Below, one piece after another: positions 59,426 to 64,000 of a stretch of 64,000 bases of DNA. Within the stretch, counting starts at the first letter, position 1. Every line of letters starts with the position of its first letter. A program made the translations under genes and the position numbers. The notes under the pieces are model-generated. The model did not search any database and was not told where the DNA came from. It saw only the letters and a program-made list of their open reading frames with translations. This DNA comes from a virus: IMG/VR virus record IMGVR_UViG_3300044712_001218, positions 9,402-73,401 of that record; one strand, 5' to 3'.

Positions 59426-61734
59426 TTCACGTATGCCCCTATTTGCCAGGTTGCGCCCTGTTGTTTAGTAACTACGCCCGAAGGCCATACCGTTGATGCG
59501 TTCAATCCGATATTATAAGCAGACCCTAAATCAGTACCGTCAATTGCCACCGAGGGATAAGGGACTGCAATAGTAACAGCGTTGTTTGTTATACTGTGGG
59601 CATTCTGTGTTGGCTGAGTTGCAGCTACGTTGTCATAATACGATGCTCCAAACTGAAACCAATTCGTTGAAGTATTCTTATAATAGCAATTATAATCCAG
59701 AACGTTTCCTGTTGAAAGCGCATCAGTCCAAACAAGTATAGAACTTGCCCCATTGCTGATTACAATATTATTTTTACAAACTCCATTGCGTGATCCATTG
59801 TCCGGTTCGGGAGTTGGGTTAGTGTAATAATTAATCCCTACGGCATTTGTGATGTTGTCATTGTATACCGTATTCCCTACGATATAAACACTGTCCTGCC
59901 CTTTAGCGAGTATTCCAATGGGATTATTTATAACTACGTTTGAAAAGATGCCGCCCGAAGTATTCTTACCGCCTGAGTGCTTGACAACTATCCCAATACC
60001 GCACCCACGAATGTAATTCCGGTAAATTTTAGCATTGATCTGATGGCCTACAAATATTCCATGTGGGGCTGCTGCTGGCGTACCACTGAAGTAATACGTC
60101 CCATAAATCAGGTTGTCATAGATTTTTATATTCCCGTTCAGATTGTCTTTTGCGTTTGTAGATTCAGAACCTATTTGAATAAGATAACCGCTTGTGTTCC
60201 TTGCCTCAATTCGATTTCTATATATATAAACTGAATCAACCGCAGTTGTCTTATTTACCAACGCATGAATAATAGATGTTACAAGGGTTGTTGAATGGCT
60301 TGTAATGACATTATCCTTTATTGCTAATCCATTACAATCCCTTAAATTGAGCAAAGGATCAGCTTGGCTTGTATTGGTGGAGGCAAACGTGTTCCCCTCG
60401 ATGGTTAGCTTAAATATCCCCAAGTATGGAAGGATAAACCCGCCTGTGGTTCCTGCCCCAACACAGAGATAACCACCGTCATTGAAAGTATTTCCCTTTA
60501 TCCTGACATTAATAAGTGTTGTTGGTGTTGTTTTACTGATCAGGATTGTATTTATCCAATTCTTTCCGGCTGTAGATGTATTAAATTTAAACTCCATGAA
60601 TCCACCGTCTGAATTATGAACAACTGCATAATTGCTGGCATAAAGCAGTTTACAGTATTTCACCTTCACTCCGGTATTGGCAGCATTTACATTGATCATC
60701 TGCGTACTGGTAGATTTTAGATAGCATTCATTAAATACTTTATTTTGCCCTGTTATTGAATAAGTGTATGAGTTTTTATTGTGAATAACACAGTAATTAA
60801 AAGTTTCTGCGTTTCCCGTTGCTACCTCATACCTGTTGGCATTTGTGATATAGCAATTCCTAAAAATATAATCCTTTGTTGCTCCAGATTCTTCAACTAC
60901 CCCTAAAGCTGTATTCTGCCCGTCCAATCTTAAACCTTGAAAAGTAGACCCTGATGTATTTAAAAATAGTACTCTTGACGAAGAGTTAAAGGCAACAATG
61001 TTATTATAACCCACTCCAATAATATGAACCTTTTTAGCCACATACAAACAGTGAAACGAAGCATTATCTTCTGAATATTTATGTTGGGAAAATACATAGA
61101 TCGTATCTTCAGCCGTTGCAGCATCAACAGCAGCCTGAATTGAAGTGTATGTTTTACCGGGGCCAACTGTCCTTATTCCGTTTGTGGCATATTTAGGAAC
61201 TGAGAAATAAGTATTTAAAGTTGCTAAATCAGTTGTTCCTTTTGCCGTGGAATAAATTGCAATCTCCGTAATTCGTCTCGGTAATGATTCCGTGGAATCT
61301 GCATTTATCGTGTGTGCTTTTATATTAAAAAATATCTGATGTAGCCAATCAATGTCCTGAGATACACTGGTAGGGTCAATAGAATGATTAAAAAAGGTTG
61401 TGTCTATTGTCGGTGTTCCTACCCATTTTAAGGTTGAAAGCGTGGCTGTCGGAACATAACTACCCGTCCAATCCTTCCCGGTTATCTTAATCTTCCCGGT
61501 AACAGTTCCGGTTGCACTTTTCAGTAGGATAGTATCACCCGTCTTTATGCCATCCCTCGATGCAGACCAATAGCCTAACAGGTCTGTTTTAGGAACAGGC
61601 GTAACGAATGATTTCGTCACCCCGCTCACCAATCCATCCCCCACCGCCCCGACATAACCATCGTTTACGGGACTCTGAGAGAATGATAGCGAGCTGGCAA
61701 GGATGAGAGCTGTAATAAAGGTTAGGTGTTTCAT
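59422..61734 (-). CDS. Signal-peptide right-handed beta-helix (pectin lyase-like) protein
   Basis: Start MKHLTF...SFS/Q at 61734; VGPGKTYTSIQAAVDAA; Asn-ladder repeats; ends IGAY. Confidence 0.75.
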   Translation of the reverse strand: MKHLTFITALILASSLSFSQSPVNDGYVGAVGDGLVSGVTKSFVTPVPKTDLLGYWSASRDGIKTGDTILLKSATGTVTGKIKITGKDWTGSYVPTATLSTLKWVGTPTIDTTFFNHSIDPTSVSQDIDWLHQIFFNIKAHTINADSTESLPRRITEIAIYSTAKGTTDLATLNTYFSVPKYATNGIRTVGPGKTYTSIQAAVDAATAEDTIYVFSQHKYSEDNASFHCLYVAKKVHIIGVGYNNIVAFNSSSRVLFLNTSGSTFQGLRLDGQNTALGVVEESGATKDYIFRNCYITNANRYEVATGNAETFNYCVIHNKNSYTYSITGQNKVFNECYLKSTSTQMINVNAANTGVKVKYCKLLYASNYAVVHNSDGGFMEFKFNTSTAGKNWINTILISKTTPTTLINVRIKGNTFNDGGYLCVGAGTTGGFILPYLGIFKLTIEGNTFASTNTSQADPLLNLRDCNGLAIKDNVITSHSTTLVTSIIHALVNKTTAVDSVYIYRNRIEARNTSGYLIQIGSESTNAKDNLNGNIKIYDNLIYGTYYFSGTPAAAPHGIFVGHQINAKIYRNYIRGCGIGIVVKHSGGKNTSGGIFSNVVINNPIGILAKGQDSVYIVGNTVYNDNITNAVGINYYTNPTPEPDNGSRNGVCKNNIVISNGASSILVWTDALSTGNVLDYNCYYKNTSTNWFQFGASYYDNVAATQPTQNAHSITNNAVTIAVPYPSVAIDGTDLGSAYNIGLNASTVWPSGVVTKQQGATWQIGAYVK

Positions 61735-61735
61735 G

Positions 61736-62209
61736 TTAATTTGAGGTAATATAAAGTTTCCAAGCTGTCCCGTTCCATATTTTAAGCACTCCGAGCGTCT
61801 TGTCCCATACCAGAGCCACCGAACCGGATGGAAGTACAATAGCATTGATCTCTGTTGTGGTTCTTTGTGGGATCAGCATATAAGGCAAATTTCCCATTGC
61901 AGTCGTTAGGTCTATTTCTGCTGGTTTATTGGTCAAATCAGCATAGCTCCCTGAAAACAGTACTGGCTTGCTTGTGATCTCACTCCATGCAGGAACATAG
62001 CCTATGGGTTTATAAAGTGCCACGAAGTTAGGTTTGTTGGTTATGGCAGCCCAATCTACCACTCCGCTGTTTGCTGTTGTCTGCGTTGATCCATCGGGGT
62101 AAATTATGCTAACCACTTTAATAGGTTTGGTAAAGATCTTATCTTCACCCTGGCATCTTCCAAATTGTAATAGGCAGAATAGCCCTAAAAGAATAAATAT
62201 ATATTTCAT
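61736..62209 (-). CDS. Signal-peptide protein with phage tail-fibre W..I..KP repeats
   Basis: MKYIF...GRC/Q; WAAITNKP, WSEITSKP, YADLTNKP; WNGTAW. Confidence 0.65.
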   Translation of the reverse strand: MKYIFILLGLFCLLQFGRCQGEDKIFTKPIKVVSIIYPDGSTQTTANSGVVDWAAITNKPNFVALYKPIGYVPAWSEITSKPVLFSGSYADLTNKPAEIDLTTAMGNLPYMLIPQRTTTEINAIVLPSGSVALVWDKTLGVLKIWNGTAWKLYITSN

Positions 62210-63546
62210 TGTCTGATTATTTTACCGTTTTGAGTAATTGACTTACCGGATTGATAGATTACTTTCCCTGATCCGACTACCGGAGGTGTGACAAATTCAA
62301 ATGCGCCAAGATCCGGTGCGGAGTTGAGATAAGGAATACCCACATCTACCCCTGCATTGATCAGGTCTGATCCTGCTATAAGTTTCAGGAAGTTTACTGA
62401 GGGAAGATTGCCGTTAGACTGTCTTGCACCACTTACCCCTGTTGAATCCACGCTTACGAAGTCTGCGCTGCTTATAGTTACTCCACCGTTCCAAGTATTG
62501 TGATCTTCCACAACATTTGTTCCTGAGTTGGTAGGGCCTGTTTTAATCAATGTGTTGGCATCGCTGTAACTTATGTTATTGCGGAAGGTATTTACTATAT
62601 TTTGCCAATAGAAAAAGAATCCCGTATTCACATTGTCAAATGAAGTATTATTAAATAAATCCATCCTGACAGTGGACTCATTCTGACTAAACCCATGAGT
62701 TTTATTGAGAAAGGATAAGCAGTTATGTACAAGCCTTTGCGGTGTGGCTTCACTTGTCCCATCGTTCTCACCAAGTTTAAAACCGCATCCATTTCCCGAA
62801 GCCTGATAGCCGTTTCTCCATGCCCAACACGAATCAATCGTTACAAATCCTGAGTTAAGCACGAAGTCAAATCCATCGTCTGAATTTTGATATGCCCTGC
62901 AACCGGAGATATGATTCCGCCTTTCGTTGCCGGCTCTTTCATAAGCAGCCATATCAATACCGTCTGCATTACCTCCGGGGCTTGCTGAATGAGGATCGTA
63001 ATTATTGTAGAAATCGCAGTTATGAACAAAGTTATCTTCTGAATCATACTGAAGCCTCATTCCCGGCCCTTCGTTGGCATAACTTTGTACCTGTTCCAGT
63101 ATATTGTGATTACAGCTTATCATTAATATTCCTGCGGCCGCATGTGCTAAATCATGTTGGGAAGCACCTGTTACATGAAGCCCTTTAAGATACCAGTAAT
63201 CGCAATTATCCATCCGTATCCCGTAATTGCCGACTGTGTTTTCAGTATTGGTACTCATATCCATTATAGGAACTTCACCCGGATAAGCATAGATCCTTAT
63301 AAGGCTTCCTGCTGATCCATCTTTGTTGTCAAGGAATACCCCGAAAGCACTCGTTATAACAGGATGATACACACCCCCACGGATGTAAACTACATCCCCT
63401 GCGCTTGCCGTTTCAAATCCATGTTGCCATGTGGCCCAGGGTGCGCCGATAGTCCCTGCGGCTGCGTCACTCCCGGTAGTGGAGACGTAATAAGTTGCCC
63501 CGAAGGATGACTGGCAGATTAAAAGAAGTATGGATATAAGTTTCAT
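62206..63546 (-). CDS. Secreted PL9 (Pel9A-like) polysaccharide lyase
   Basis: ATYYVS..GSD...GT...PWAT; GGNADG; NSDDGFD; GNG.GFKLG; APDLGAFE. Confidence 0.8.
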   Translation of the reverse strand: MKLISILLLICQSSFGATYYVSTTGSDAAAGTIGAPWATWQHGFETASAGDVVYIRGGVYHPVITSAFGVFLDNKDGSAGSLIRIYAYPGEVPIMDMSTNTENTVGNYGIRMDNCDYWYLKGLHVTGASQHDLAHAAAGILMISCNHNILEQVQSYANEGPGMRLQYDSEDNFVHNCDFYNNYDPHSASPGGNADGIDMAAYERAGNERRNHISGCRAYQNSDDGFDFVLNSGFVTIDSCWAWRNGYQASGNGCGFKLGENDGTSEATPQRLVHNCLSFLNKTHGFSQNESTVRMDLFNNTSFDNVNTGFFFYWQNIVNTFRNNISYSDANTLIKTGPTNSGTNVVEDHNTWNGGVTISSADFVSVDSTGVSGARQSNGNLPSVNFLKLIAGSDLINAGVDVGIPYLNSAPDLGAFEFVTPPVVGSGKVIYQSGKSITQNGKIIRQ

Positions 63547-64000
63547 TAGTACTGGTGTATCATTCCGTTAGTACCCCTGGTTACAGTAAAATACAGCCTG
63601 ATTTTTGGTGTATGAATAGAACTTGTGGGGGTCAGCATTAATTTTAACAGGTGTGCCGTTCCCGACATATACCAATCCCAATAAGAAGTATAAGTGCTTG
63701 AAGCGTGAGTTTCGGCATACGTAGCCGCTGCATCGGTATGAAGTATGTTATAAACTACCGTCCCGTTAGCCCTGACGATTCCAATGAAGGGGATAGTCCC
63801 TCTTTCTACAGTAATCGTATCTCCGGTCACTCCTTCGCAAACAACCGTATAATCAATCTTTCCTGCCCCTCCCCAGGGTTTTCCGACATCTACCCATACT
63901 ACATCATTACTTACCCCGTTTACCATCTTTCTTTCAAAAGGGAGTTCATTTCCGTTTGACACAATATGATTACCCATGCCGTTATTGACAAATCCAAAGG
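63546..64000 (-). CDS. Hypothetical protein, probably N-terminally truncated by the window edge
   Basis: Frame stays open upstream of the ATG at 63977 to the window end. Confidence 0.5.
   Translation of the reverse strand, partial: FGFVNNGMGNHIVSNGNELPFERKMVNGVSNDVVWVDVGKPWGGAGKIDYTVVCEGVTGDTITVERGTIPFIGIVRANGTVVYNILHTDAAATYAETHASSTYTSYWDWYMSGTAHLLKLMLTPTSSIHTPKIRLYFTVTRGTNGMIHQY

Noticed and set aside
61735-61845. 37-aa N-terminal extension of the beta-helix ORF
   Set aside because: Overlaps the upstream gene; the ATG at 61734 gives a clean signal peptide
1-64000. tRNA/rRNA genes, integrase, terminase, portal; alternative genetic code
   Set aside because: None recognised by eye; standard-code ORFs tile the window, so lifestyle and packaging cannot be determined here

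Overview
This window is a 64-kb segment of an AT-rich tailed dsDNA phage genome (siphovirus-type, long non-contractile tail). The host is probably Bacteroidota, judged from TTTG-N20-TAnnTTTG promoters and Gln+1 signal peptides. The + strand arm (1-32214) is a replication/recombination module: primase, initiator-like protein, DnaB helicase, beta-clamp, clamp loader, a split family A polymerase with a UDG-exonuclease half carrying an intein, gp32-like SSB, UvsY, RecA, RuvC and split SbcCD. It also holds a 7-deazaguanine DNA-modification cluster (queD, queE, queC, PRTase-folE fusion, dpdA). The - strand arm (32294-64000) holds lysis, tail and head genes. The most unusual features are: (1) an 8-gene glycan-building cassette (GT11 fucosyltransferase, other GTs, two FkbM methyltransferases, a sulfotransferase-fold protein) between the major capsid gene and the head-tail connector; (2) five tail-fibre-like or lyase proteins with Sec signal peptides and many Bacteroidota O-glycosylation sequons; (3) three free-standing mini-genes that copy the N-terminal module of DpdA; (4) a switch-like structured leader and iteron-like repeats at the replication initiator. 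All calls come from motif recognition by eye; no database searches were run.
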